Of a DNA stretch of 64,000 bases, positions 17,962 through 30,259 are shown piece after piece (position 1 is the stretch's first letter; every line of letters starts with the position of its first letter). Below the pieces are notes generated by a model. That model had not been told where the DNA came from and searched no databases. It worked only from the letters and a program-made list of their open reading frames with translations. The translations under genes and the position numbers were made by a program. The DNA comes from Nitrospinaceae bacterium (GTDB lineage: Bacteria > Nitrospinota > Nitrospinia > Nitrospinales > Nitrospinaceae). The stretch is taken from positions 1,600,001-1,664,000 of the forward strand of contig OZ250172.1 in the NCBI GenBank assembly GCA_965237905.1. Direction: 5' to 3'.

Positions 17962-18357
17962 ATGTCATCGATTAATATCATTGAAACTTTTTACCGTGCA
18001 TTTCAAAACCAGGATTACGATTCATTCCGCGGCATCTGTTCCGATGATGTGGAATGGATACAAAACAAGGGTTTTCCAAATGGCAGCCACAATCATGGAG
18101 CCGACGCCGTCATTAACAACGTTTGGAAACAATTTGGAAAAGACTGGAGTTATTTTAAATTTCAGGTTGAGGAAATATTTGAATCCCAGGACGGATCCAA
18201 GGTAACCGCCATCGGCGCCTATCTCGGGGAGCATAAACAAACCCTGAAAACAGTAGAGGCCGCGGCGGCGCATATTTTCGATATCGATCATACAAAAATT
18301 AAACGATTTCGGCAGTTTACCGACACGGTGTTGATCAAGTCCGCCACGGAAAGATGA
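17962..18357 (+). CDS. SnoaL/NTF2-family protein
   Basis: FY.AF...D, DVEW, AH.F, KI.RF.QFTDT. Confidence 0.85.
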   Translation: MSSINIIETFYRAFQNQDYDSFRGICSDDVEWIQNKGFPNGSHNHGADAVINNVWKQFGKDWSYFKFQVEEIFESQDGSKVTAIGAYLGEHKQTLKTVEAAAAHIFDIDHTKIKRFRQFTDTVLIKSATER

Positions 18358-18450
18358 CTTATTGATTTAAATGGGCAACCTTGACTGGTATGTTGATGGG
18401 AAACATCATTATGTCCGTCGTTTGAACAACTGCTCGAAAGGAACACAGTC

Positions 18451-19161
18451 ATGAAATTTTCCATGTTGCCGCTACTGTACCTGATTCAAATCGTGGCGAT
18501 TTACAGAGTGACCAAAAATACATATGATTCGGGGCAAATCAGCGCAAACCAAAACAAGCAGATTATTCTCATTCTGGCTGCTCTCACTTTATGGGGAGGT
18601 TTGAGCACCTACTTAGGGTTGAGTGGTTACTATCAAAGCGAAGGCTTCCTAAGCTCGCTCCCTGGGTTGTGGATTACACAACCTGCTGTCTTGATCGTTA
18701 TCATTCCCTGGCTGGCTTCAAAAAATTTGCGCCAGGGAATCAATAGCATCATTGATCACACTCCACTTTATCTAATCATGGGCTTCGAAGGATTAAGGAT
18801 CTTGGCCATAGGCGGTATTCTCAAGGGTTACAAGGGTGAATTTTCTTTATTTTATGCCCAGTTTATTGGAATTCCAGATTTTCTTTATGGAGTGACAACT
18901 TTGATCGCGGCGGTTTTAATTTATAAAAGAGTTTGGAAAGAGAAGTCGGCGATTATTATTAATTTAATTGGTTTTATAATTATTGTTCCGTTTGGGACGG
19001 TATTAATAAATGTAGGGTTACCGGGGGCGATGTATATGATTGAAGAGACCCCCAGCTTGAAAACTATTTTTGAATTTCCTATGGCTTTAGCGCCCACTCT
19101 GGTCGTTCCTATATTTGTAATGATCAATTTGTTTGTGGCCCTGCGATTGATCAAACGTTAG
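18451..19161 (+). CDS. Hypothetical polytopic membrane protein
   Basis: Six to seven TM segments, FPMALAPT.VVP; AT-rich codons. Confidence 0.75.
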   Translation: MKFSMLPLLYLIQIVAIYRVTKNTYDSGQISANQNKQIILILAALTLWGGLSTYLGLSGYYQSEGFLSSLPGLWITQPAVLIVIIPWLASKNLRQGINSIIDHTPLYLIMGFEGLRILAIGGILKGYKGEFSLFYAQFIGIPDFLYGVTTLIAAVLIYKRVWKEKSAIIINLIGFIIIVPFGTVLINVGLPGAMYMIEETPSLKTIFEFPMALAPTLVVPIFVMINLFVALRLIKR

Positions 19162-19208
19162 CGCAGGGAACCTACGCGAACTTAAATTGCTCTGAAAAGG
19201 AGAACACA

Positions 19209-20207
19209 ATGAATAAAGTAGCAGTTAAATGGTTGGTTATTGCAATAGCAATTTTAATCGCGGGATACGCTTGCGACTCGAACACCGGTACGGTCGCTAA
19301 TAAGAATGCCTCATCGGTTAACAATGAGGAACCCCTTGGGAACCATGCCACGCTTCACAAAACGATTGAAGTGAATGGATTGAAAATATTTTATCGTGAA
19401 GCCGGTCCCAAAAATGCCCCGACCCTCTTGTTGCTGCATGGGTACCCCACTTCATCGCACATGTTTCGCAATCTCATAGAAGATTTGTCCCATCATTATC
19501 ACTTGCTTGCTCCCGATTATCCCGGATATGGCAGAAGTGAACAGCCGCCGATGGCCGATTTTGCGTATACGTTCGATAATATGTCAAAGATTGTGGAAGG
19601 CTTTTTAAAAGCTTTGAACGTAGAGAAATTCAGTATTTACCTGATGGACTACGGCGCTCCCATTGGTTATCGAATTGCGGCAAAATATCCGGAACGGGTG
19701 GAGTCCCTGATCGTGCAAAATGGTGGCGCTTACGAGGAAGGTCTCAGGAAATTTTGGGACCCTATCAAAAAATACTGGAATGAATACACGGTTGAAAATG
19801 GCAAGGCCCTGGAAGGATTCCATTCTCCTGACGGATTGAAATGGCAGTATACGCATGGCGTGCAGAATGTTGAAAAAATCAGTCCTGATAACTGGACTAT
19901 TGATTTACAACATTTGACCCGGCCTGAGAACAACGCCATCCAGTTAGCCATGTTCTATGATTATCGCACTAATGTTGCTCTTTACCCGAAATGGCAGGCC
20001 TATCTCCGCAAACATCAGCCGCCAACTTTGATTGTCTGGGGAAAAAATGACCACATCTTTCCACCGGAAGGAGCACATGCTTACAAGAAGGATTTAAAAA
20101 CCATCGATTTTCATTTGCTCAATACAGGCCATTTTGCTTTAGAGGAAGAGGGAGATGCCATTGCGGAACATATTCTCCGGTTCTTGGCCAAGCACAATAT
20201 CAAATAA
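19209..20207 (+). CDS. Alpha/beta hydrolase (epoxide hydrolase/dehalogenase-like), probable lipoprotein
   Basis: LLHGYP, nucleophile Asp in MDYGAP, WGKND, GHFALE; signal peptide ending GYAC. Confidence 0.9.
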   Translation: MNKVAVKWLVIAIAILIAGYACDSNTGTVANKNASSVNNEEPLGNHATLHKTIEVNGLKIFYREAGPKNAPTLLLLHGYPTSSHMFRNLIEDLSHHYHLLAPDYPGYGRSEQPPMADFAYTFDNMSKIVEGFLKALNVEKFSIYLMDYGAPIGYRIAAKYPERVESLIVQNGGAYEEGLRKFWDPIKKYWNEYTVENGKALEGFHSPDGLKWQYTHGVQNVEKISPDNWTIDLQHLTRPENNAIQLAMFYDYRTNVALYPKWQAYLRKHQPPTLIVWGKNDHIFPPEGAHAYKKDLKTIDFHLLNTGHFALEEEGDAIAEHILRFLAKHNIK

Positions 20208-20423
20208 GAAAAAATAATCTGATGGATTTTAGGTATTAATCATTAACCGTACCAAGGAGTAGCAATAACATAAAATTCAAATAATTAGACCTGATCTGTT
20301 GCTAAATAGGGAATCGGGACCATATTAAGGAAATAGTAATTCTATAAGACCCGGGAGCCGGGCGAATTCTTGATTTCTGATCTGCCTTCCGGGCCCAACC
20401 ATGCCGCAATTGGAGGCAGTATT

Positions 20424-20846
20424 ATGAATATAAAATTTTCTATTCTATATATTCTTATTGTAATAATGGTTGTTGGAGCGCCCACAAGCCTTTGGGCGGG
20501 GGATATGGGCACCAAGGTGGAAAAAGTCCGCATCATCGAACCGGGAGAAGCCGAACGGTGCGCTAATGACTTTTTCATAGATAATATCGGCAAGGAGGAT
20601 GCCGATCTCAAAGTGGTTCTCGGCAACAAGGTGTATGTGAGTGAGATCCTGCAACCGGGAGAGAAAAGGGCATTTGATCTGCCCGCGACCATTAACGTAG
20701 CCCGACTCCGGGGAAGAGAGAATGTGTCGTTCGACGACATCGCCGTCATCATCAATCTCGGTCCGAAAGCTCATATGCGCGTGCGTTGTATGGATCTGAA
20801 GGAAAATCCTTTAAAGAGAAAAGACCCGTTGGCCGTTTTTAAATAA
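20424..20846 (+). CDS. Hypothetical exported protein
   Basis: GGAGG RBS before ATG 20424; signal peptide ending LWA. Confidence 0.65.
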   Translation: MNIKFSILYILIVIMVVGAPTSLWAGDMGTKVEKVRIIEPGEAERCANDFFIDNIGKEDADLKVVLGNKVYVSEILQPGEKRAFDLPATINVARLRGRENVSFDDIAVIINLGPKAHMRVRCMDLKENPLKRKDPLAVFK

Positions 20847-20925
20847 GCGGACCGGGTAATACCGGAGCTTAATTTTAAACCTTGGCATGCAGAAGCTAAC
20901 GGTTCTATTTGTTATGGTGCCTCAG

Positions 20926-21633
20926 CTAAGCTGGCCCTGCGCCTAGTAGCTCGTGGAAAGATTGCACCCGGGTGACGGCTTCGCCATTGTGGTGGCCTTT
21001 GCGGTCGATCAGGATGGAATGCATTCCGACATTGCGCGCGCCTTCAATATCGGTTGCCGGTTCGTCGCCGATGTGACAGGCCTGCTCCGGCGGCACTCCC
21101 GCACGTTGCAACGCTTCTTTGAAAATTGCGGCGTCCGGTTTGGCGGAACCGACCACGGTGGAGGCCAGGATAAAGTCGAAGTAAGGTGCGAGGCCCGTGT
21201 TCTTAAGAATTTCCGGCAGGCGGGAATCCCAGTTGGAAACCACTCCCAATACGATCCCATTATTTTTCAATTGATCGAGCAGGCCCGATTCGGTGACGTC
21301 CTCAAACACCCGCCAGCTTTCCTTACTACGGAATACGTCATAAATGTGATCGAAGTAGCGGTCGAAATCATCAAGACCGCCATGCGACTCGAACACCCGG
21401 CGCACCAGCTCCTTCCAGAACGCCCGCTCCACTTCCAGGCCCTTTTGTGTGCCCAGGGATTCCATGCCTCCCATGTTGGACCACTCCTGACGGAACTCAC
21501 GGTTAAGATCGTCCGCACTGCCAATAAAGCCAAAGTCCCGTGCGTGGGTGGCATACACGTCACCTACAGAGGGATGAACGCGGAGCAGGGTGCCCCCGAC
21601 ATCAAAGAACACGGCTTTATAATTTTTCAGCAT
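20926..21633 (-). CDS. HAD-superfamily hydrolase (subfamily IA)
   Basis: FDVGGTL, VSNWD, KPD, HIGD...DI.GA. Confidence 0.9.
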   Translation of the reverse strand: MLKNYKAVFFDVGGTLLRVHPSVGDVYATHARDFGFIGSADDLNREFRQEWSNMGGMESLGTQKGLEVERAFWKELVRRVFESHGGLDDFDRYFDHIYDVFRSKESWRVFEDVTESGLLDQLKNNGIVLGVVSNWDSRLPEILKNTGLAPYFDFILASTVVGSAKPDAAIFKEALQRAGVPPEQACHIGDEPATDIEGARNVGMHSILIDRKGHHNGEAVTRVQSFHELLGAGPA

Positions 21634-21707
21634 GAGACGGTATTTTTAAAAATAGAATAACCCGAACACACGATAGCAACGTGCGCATTTGGACGGCGAA
21701 GTGCCGA

Positions 21708-21731
21708 CACCGGGGTCGTAAGACCCCGGTG
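21708..21731. terminator. Perfect 10-bp-stem hairpin
   Basis: caccggggtc-gtaa-gaccccggtg, downstream of the small membrane genes. Confidence 0.5.
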
Positions 21732-21775
21732 CCTCTGATTATAGCACTTGGAGAAGAGGAGGTAATTCCGGAAAG

Positions 21776-22039
21776 TTAGCGCCTTTCCGGCATCAGGTTA
21801 ATGATGGCCAGCAGGATACTGCCGAGTCCAACTGCGGCGGCTCCCGACCAGTAGAAGGCGTTCTGACCAATCATTTGGAGAAGGTCCGTTTGGTACAGGG
21901 TGTATACCCAGTACATTGAAGACAAATAAACAAGAAACAAAGCCGTTTTATAATGCGACCAGAGAATGCTTAGCCCCAGCAAACCGAGCACGAGAACGAT
22001 CATGTCAAGGGTGACGGCGCAATTCGTAACGTCAAACAC
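21776..22039 (-). CDS. Small 3-TM membrane protein
   Basis: Hydrophobic; GTG start with GGGGAG RBS. Confidence 0.65.
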   Translation of the reverse strand: MFDVTNCAVTLDMIVLVLGLLGLSILWSHYKTALFLVYLSSMYWVYTLYQTDLLQMIGQNAFYWSGAAAVGLGSILLAIINLMPERR

Positions 22040-22074
22040 GGTAGTTTAATCTCCCCGAAAATAAACCGTCCGTT

Positions 22075-22362
22075 TTACCTGTTGGAAGAAGGTAAACCCC
22101 AAGCATAAAGCAACAGAAATCCCAAAAACAGACCGAGAAACAGGGTCCAAAAAATACCGTAGACGTTGGTCATGGCCATCTGAAACAATACCGTTTTATT
22201 AGCGGCATATTCCCAGTAGGCAAAGGTGCCCAGCGAAAGAAGCATTCCTATTTTCATACGGCCCCAGATAGCCCCCAAGGCCAGAATGCCAAAGCTAATA
22301 ATCATTTGACTCATGGTCAGAGAAAAATGAAGTTGACCTGCCAGTGCCTGCAACGCTTCCAT
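22075..22362 (-). CDS. Small 3-TM membrane protein
   Basis: Hydrophobic; GGAG RBS; same layout as its neighbour. Confidence 0.7.
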   Translation of the reverse strand: MEALQALAGQLHFSLTMSQMIISFGILALGAIWGRMKIGMLLSLGTFAYWEYAANKTVLFQMAMTNVYGIFWTLFLGLFLGFLLLYAWGLPSSNR

Positions 22363-22423
22363 TTTCTTTCACTCCATACATTTCAAGAGGTTATAGAAAA
22401 AATTCGGAAATCTTTTATAACAA

Positions 22424-22439
22424 AGCAAACACCGTGCCA
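22424..22439 (-). promoter_or_regulatory. Consensus sigma-54 promoter
   Basis: Minus strand TGGCACGGTGTTTGCT, about 60 bp upstream of ATG 22362; IHF-like AATCAATAAGTTA at 22570-22582. Confidence 0.85.
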
Positions 22440-22720
22440 AAAATATTACACCAAACTAAAAAGATGCAATTTTCAGTTACCCACTGTAAATCGCTTATTA
22501 GAAAGGATTCATATTGATGTAAAAATGTATAAAATATTAGCTATATGTATTTATTGTATTATTTTTTTTAATCAATAAGTTATAACGTATATTTTTTTAC
22601 AATTTTTACGAGGATCAGATCAGAAATGCGCAAAATTGAGGAGATTTATCCTGCTAATAGCATATTTATCAGATAATTAAAAAACTAGCGGAAACCGAAA
22701 TAAAGCTAATGAGTGGATTT

Positions 22721-23467
22721 TCAATATTTTTCGGGTTGGGATTGGTATAGACGGAGCGCTTCTTCGTAGTCTTGCTGTGTATCTATTTCTATGCATCCCC
22801 CGCTTGGGATAGGGTAGGGAAGGATTTCATTATGGGGAGTGATTTCATTGAAGATGATTTCCCAGAGTGCCTGAATGAAACGGGCTTCCTCTCTGTCATA
22901 AAGAGCCACTATGTTGCGCGCCACGGTCTGGGTCAGCATGAAAAATCCGATTGCCTCACCTGCCATCTGAAACTTCGATTTTTCTTCCTTCGTTAAATCC
23001 CGCTTGGTCACGAACGATTCAATGGTTTGATCGTCCCGCAATAGCACCTTGGTGGCCTCGGTATCATCGATGTCCACGGGAGTGACTGCAAAGGAGGAGG
23101 GTTGAGATTGCCGAACATATTCTTCCAAGGCCGCCCGCGGATACAGCACGTCCCCGTCCATCACCAGGATTTCACCTTCCCGGTTTTTCAGCCCCATCAC
23201 CAGTGACAACGTATTGCCGGTGGTTTCGTACCGGTCATTATCCACGAACTCGACCGGCATATTGAGATTCAGGCTTTGGGCATAGCTTTTAACCGCCTCT
23301 TTATTATACCCCACGACCAATACCGTCTGCTCCATCCCAAGCGACTCCAAAACGCTGAGGTGGCGGGACAACAGGGTTTCATCCCCAAAGGGCAAAAGAC
23401 ATTTATGCGGAATATCGTCGCGCTTCAGACGCGACCCATAGCCGGCCAGTAGGATCACTGCTTGCAT
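22721..23467 (-). CDS. Nucleotidyltransferase (phosphocholine cytidylyltransferase-like)
   Basis: ILLAGYGSRL....K, DGDVL, EIDT..DY. Confidence 0.8.
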   Translation of the reverse strand: MQAVILLAGYGSRLKRDDIPHKCLLPFGDETLLSRHLSVLESLGMEQTVLVVGYNKEAVKSYAQSLNLNMPVEFVDNDRYETTGNTLSLVMGLKNREGEILVMDGDVLYPRAALEEYVRQSQPSSFAVTPVDIDDTEATKVLLRDDQTIESFVTKRDLTKEEKSKFQMAGEAIGFFMLTQTVARNIVALYDREEARFIQALWEIIFNEITPHNEILPYPIPSGGCIEIDTQQDYEEALRLYQSQPEKY

Positions 23468-23594
23468 CGGGCATTCCTTCAAAAAACGCGGAAATCCTGA
23501 TGTTGTATCAGATTTTAAATTTTAAAAGGGAAATTTTTAAAAGACAGGAAGGGGGTTTATCCGTAGCAACACAATCAGACCACCGAACAGATTT

Positions 23595-26012
23595 CTAAGG
23601 ATCTTGAAGGAAGGACGATTCCAAATTCATCTTGCCGGAAAATTTTTGGCTGACCCAGCCGGATTGACCATCCTGAAGTTCAACTTGATACCACTCGTCC
23701 GTTTCTTCCAGCAGGGGCCGCATATCCCCACTTTTCAAACTACCCATCACTGTGCCCTGCGAAGACGGCACGGAACGTACATTCAAGGAAGATCCTTCCG
23801 GAACCTTGATCAGGACCACCGTAGTTACCATCTCATTCGATTGTCGAGCCGAAGTCTTAGAGCTCGTCTTTTTTGCTTCCGGCACAGGCAAGGAAGCTTT
23901 TGTAGTCCCCCCTTCCAGAACGGAGAACTTTTTACTGATCCAGCCGGTGGTTTCGTCTTCAAATTGAACCTGATACCATTCGCCCTCTTCCTTCACCAAA
24001 GGCAGTTTATCTCCCCCGAACAGCATGTCCACTATGGCGCCACTGGCAGACGGAAGGGAGCGCACATTCAGAGTCGAGTCTTCCCCCACAGTGACAAGGA
24101 CCATAGCATCTGCAGACGGCTGTTGATCCGATTGATCAGGTTCAAGGGGAGCCAATTCGCTCGTCATATCTTCTTCCGGCCCGGGCAAAGAAGCCTCCGA
24201 AGAAACACTACGGGTGGTTGAAAACTGTTTGCTGACCCAGCCGGACAATTCTTCTTCAATTTTAATCCTATACCAATCCCCTGATTGACCCATGAAAGGC
24301 ATCATGTCGCCATTTTCCAGATAACCCAGAATTTCACCTTGCGTTGAGGGCTGTGCCCGTACATTCAGCTTCCCCCCTTCACCCATCTGGACCACCACCA
24401 TCGTGTTCGAGGCATCCATGGAGACCGCGGGGGTTTCCAATGCTTTAGCAGGAGGAGGCGAAGGGATGAGGGCCGCCACGGTTTCGGATATGGTCTCCTG
24501 GCTTATTTTTTTCTGTTCTTCCGGCTCCGGTGTAGAGGGAGCCTCCTCTACCGGAGCGCTTTCAGCCGGGGCTGTTTCCTGTTTCGCATCTTGATCCCCT
24601 GGGTCGACGCTGGCGACCTCCATAGGCTGTTCTTGAGAACTTTCCTTATCCTCTTGCATCTCCTCGGCAGGCTCAGGCGGTGCCTGTTCTGCGCTTTCGG
24701 CATTGGCGATTTCTTCCCTTACGATGCGCGCAATTCTTTCGCTTTCGGACTCACCGGTTTCCGGTTTAGCGTTTTCTGCCTGGGCCATTTCCGTTTCAGG
24801 TTCTTCCTGCTTCGTTTCTTCTTTGTTGGCTGGCTCGACAGTTTCTTCAGCGGCGGCAGTTTCGGCCTTCGCTTTTTCCTGCTCGGCCGCTTGCATTTTG
24901 ATATCTCCCGCCAAAGTATCGTCTGATTGGGGAACATCCATTTCCGCTGGAAGGACCGCAACTTCAGATGGTTTTAAATCGGGGAGGGTATCCAGACCCA
25001 TAGCCACCTCATCCGGTTCGCCACGGATGGGGTTGAATGCGCCCGCGACCGTGCGACTTTCCTTACCATCAGCCGGTTCCTTCGCGGTAGCCTGCTCTCC
25101 GCTGGACCTTTCGGGTTTTTCAAAATCCTCAAACGGGATAGCGGCCACTGGATCGATTTCCTGCGCCGCGGTTACATTTTCATCAGGGGTCTCCTCCACA
25201 GCGGCGGAATCCGTACCAAAAAAATCGCCCGCTTTTTTCATTTTAGCGCCTGCCGGAGGAGGCGTATAGACCGCTGTGGGACGGGAAGAACTGTATTGAG
25301 GAGGCTTTCCCGAATCACCGCTCGGATTGGTGACTGCCTTACCGGAGGAAATCCAACTTTTAGTTTGCGAAGTTGACTTGGAAACCTTATGGGGATGCTC
25401 GCCGAGATATCCCCGGGCTCGTACGGCGTTTAATCCGTCTGGAAAACGGTTGATAAAATCCCGGTAGGCGGCTGAGTTATCCGCCTTGATCACCTGCAGA
25501 AAAATCTGGTCCTCCACCTGTTCCTGCTTGAAAAGGATCGCCTGTTTTTCCTCGGGTTCGACAATCTTCTCCAACCGGGCCAGGATTCCCAGCGTCTTAA
25601 AATACTCCCGGTTTTCGTGGAGCATGCTGACCTTGAACCGTAGCGCACGGGCCAGGTTTTGTCGGATTCTCTCGTCGACCGGTTCCAACCGATAGGCGGT
25701 CTCGAACTCCTGCAGAGCTTGTGACAGCATATCCTGGGTGTAATAAATCAATCCCAGGTTGTTGTGCCCCTCAAAAGAGTCGGGGTGTTTGGCTAGGAAT
25801 GCCTTCCACAACTTGGTCGCGGATTCAAACTGTCCTTCGTTCTGAGCCTTTAAGGCCTGCGAAAACAAATTCTTGTCAGGTCCGGGTGCAACGGTTTGGG
25901 GGGCTGCAAACTGCTGATCCGTCGGCTTGCTTCCGTCGGAGGCACAACCTGAAAAAGCCAGCACCAGTACCCCCAATAAGGCGATAAGGTGTTTACTCTC
26001 AAATAGTTTCAT
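23595..26012 (-). CDS. Lipoprotein: TPR region, acidic linker, three SH3b domains
   Basis: Lipobox FSGC; TPR HNNLG..Y; three copies of LNVR..PS..G......GW.S..FS. Confidence 0.85.
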   Translation of the reverse strand: MKLFESKHLIALLGVLVLAFSGCASDGSKPTDQQFAAPQTVAPGPDKNLFSQALKAQNEGQFESATKLWKAFLAKHPDSFEGHNNLGLIYYTQDMLSQALQEFETAYRLEPVDERIRQNLARALRFKVSMLHENREYFKTLGILARLEKIVEPEEKQAILFKQEQVEDQIFLQVIKADNSAAYRDFINRFPDGLNAVRARGYLGEHPHKVSKSTSQTKSWISSGKAVTNPSGDSGKPPQYSSSRPTAVYTPPPAGAKMKKAGDFFGTDSAAVEETPDENVTAAQEIDPVAAIPFEDFEKPERSSGEQATAKEPADGKESRTVAGAFNPIRGEPDEVAMGLDTLPDLKPSEVAVLPAEMDVPQSDDTLAGDIKMQAAEQEKAKAETAAAEETVEPANKEETKQEEPETEMAQAENAKPETGESESERIARIVREEIANAESAEQAPPEPAEEMQEDKESSQEQPMEVASVDPGDQDAKQETAPAESAPVEEAPSTPEPEEQKKISQETISETVAALIPSPPPAKALETPAVSMDASNTMVVVQMGEGGKLNVRAQPSTQGEILGYLENGDMMPFMGQSGDWYRIKIEEELSGWVSKQFSTTRSVSSEASLPGPEEDMTSELAPLEPDQSDQQPSADAMVLVTVGEDSTLNVRSLPSASGAIVDMLFGGDKLPLVKEEGEWYQVQFEDETTGWISKKFSVLEGGTTKASLPVPEAKKTSSKTSARQSNEMVTTVVLIKVPEGSSLNVRSVPSSQGTVMGSLKSGDMRPLLEETDEWYQVELQDGQSGWVSQKFSGKMNLESSFLQDP

Positions 26013-26101
26013 ATCAGTAGAATAACTGATTTTAGTTCAAGGTCAATATCTCTTGACTTGTTTTTTAATTCAAGTAACCTGACCCCTGAAAATTGAGTGG
26101 G

Positions 26102-26183
26102 AACTAGGGGTGTTATTTCGAACTGAGAGTCCATCAGGACAACCCTTTGAACCTGATCTGGTTAATACCAGCGAAGGGAAGTT
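26102..26183 (+). ncRNA. TPP riboswitch
   Basis: AGGGGTG...CTGAGA...ACCCTTTGAACCTGATCTGGTTAATACCAGCGAAGGGAAG, upstream of the thi genes. Confidence 0.95.
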
Positions 26184-26208
26184 AATTTATAATGTTTCAT
26201 TATAAATC

Positions 26209-26242
26209 GGCTGTAGTCCTTTCCTGGATTACGGCTTTTTTT
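26209..26242 (+). terminator. Riboswitch expression-platform terminator
   Basis: ggctgtagtcc-tttcct-ggattacggct followed by a T-tract. Confidence 0.8.
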
Positions 26243-26264
26243 ATTTAAGCCCCCTTCGGTGATT

Positions 26265-26465
26265 ATGCAACTTGTCATCAACGGTCAAGAGAAGGCTCTG
26301 CAATCCAGCGCAACCATCACTCAAATGCTCAAGGAACTGGATATCACAGGCTCCCATATTGCCGTGGCGCTCAACTTCCAAGTGGTGCCCCGTTCCAATT
26401 ACGACCAGACTCCGCTCCACGAGGGAGACAAGGTGGAAATCGTGCATGCCGTCGGGGGCGGCTGA
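26265..26465 (+). CDS. thiS: Sulfur carrier protein ThiS
   Basis: 66 aa, C-terminal VGGG. Confidence 0.95.
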   Translation: MQLVINGQEKALQSSATITQMLKELDITGSHIAVALNFQVVPRSNYDQTPLHEGDKVEIVHAVGGG

Positions 26466-26532
26466 TCCTTTTAATACATAACGCCCCTCTCCTGCGGGTG
26501 GAGAACCGTTTAATCATTATTTGAGACAGAAT

Positions 26533-27324
26533 ATGGAAACCGTCGTAGAAACTGAAAATACACTTAAGATCGCCGATAAGGTGTTCCATTCCCGGCTGAT
26601 TGTCGGCACGGGTAAATACGCTTCGTTCGAACAAAACCGCCAGGCCCTGGAAATTTCCGGCGCGGAAATGATCACCGTGGCCGTCCGCCGGATCGAACTC
26701 GACAAAACCAAAGAATCGATCCTCAACTATATCGATCCCGAAAAATACACGCTACTGCCCAACACCGCCGGGTGCTACAGCGTCAAGGAAACGGTGATGA
26801 CCGCCGAATTGGCACGCGAAGCGGGCCTTGGCAATTTCGTCAAGGTCGAAGTGATCGGCGATGAAAAAACGCTGTTCCCGGATAACGAAGCCACACTGGA
26901 AGCTTCCAAACTGCTCGTCAAAGACGGTTTTCACGTTCTTCCGTATTGTTCCGACGACGTGGTGCTGTGCAAAAAGCTGGAGGACATTGGCTGTGCCGCC
27001 GTCATGCCTCTGGCCGCGCCCATCGGGTCCGGGCTCGGCATCCGCAACCCATACAACCTCAAACTGATTTTGGAAGCGGTCAATGTCCCGGTCATCGTCG
27101 ATGCCGGGGTAGGTACCGCCTCCGACGCAAGCCGCGCCATGGAATTAGGAGTCGCCGGCCTGCTGATGAATACCGCCATCGCCGGAGCGAAGGATCCTCT
27201 GAAAATGGCGCAGGCCATGAAACTGGCAGTGCAAAGTGGACGGCTGGCTTATGAAGCGGGACGGATTCCAAAAAAACTGTACGCCACCGCCAGCAGTCCC
27301 ATCGACGGCCTCATCGATATTTAA
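26533..27324 (+). CDS. thiG: Thiazole synthase
   Basis: [34 protein letters not shown]. Confidence 0.97.
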   Translation: METVVETENTLKIADKVFHSRLIVGTGKYASFEQNRQALEISGAEMITVAVRRIELDKTKESILNYIDPEKYTLLPNTAGCYSVKETVMTAELAREAGLGNFVKVEVIGDEKTLFPDNEATLEASKLLVKDGFHVLPYCSDDVVLCKKLEDIGCAAVMPLAAPIGSGLGIRNPYNLKLILEAVNVPVIVDAGVGTASDASRAMELGVAGLLMNTAIAGAKDPLKMAQAMKLAVQSGRLAYEAGRIPKKLYATASSPIDGLIDI

Positions 27325-27349
27325 ACCGCAAACGGGCAGGGTTCGCACC

Positions 27350-29946
<2,597 letters not shown>

Positions 29947-29963
29947 CCAGCGTGACGCTGGAC
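29947..29963 (+). repeat. Post-stop palindrome CCAGCGTGACGCTGGAC, copy 1 of 4
   Basis: Begins immediately after the thiC TAA. Confidence 0.7.
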
Positions 29964-29969
29964 TCAATG

Positions 29970-30003
29970 AACCCCTCTTCTTCCGAAGGAGAGGGGTTTT
30001 TTA
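29970..30003 (+). terminator. Intrinsic terminator after thiC
   Basis: aacccctcttctt-ccg-aaggagaggggtt followed by tttt. Confidence 0.8.
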
Positions 30004-30259
30004 TTTCCAGCAATTCACCCGTTATCCTGAGCCTCTCGAAAGATAACAGTTCTCCCTTTATTTACTGCAGGATTGCATTCTGTAGCTCTGTAAAAAAGTC
30101 TTCCATTCAACCTCCAATTTTTCAAAGATTTTCCAAAATAATGCCCCAAGTGGGGTTGAATTTATGTGCGGAATGGACTTCACCCTTTATACTGAAACAG
30201 TCAGAACGAGATGAAAAAAGAGTTTTCGGAATGGATATCCAAGGCAAGAGGAGGAGGCT

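Noticed and set aside
4180..20846. Island as an integron, prophage or transposon
   Set aside because: No integrase, transposase, attC-like sites or phage genes seen; the only tRNA is 11 kb away and is not duplicated.
20883..20897. TGGCATGCAGAAGCT as a fourth island sigma-54 promoter
   Set aside because: GG-to-GC spacing is 9 rather than 10, there is no UAS, and it points into a convergent gene end.
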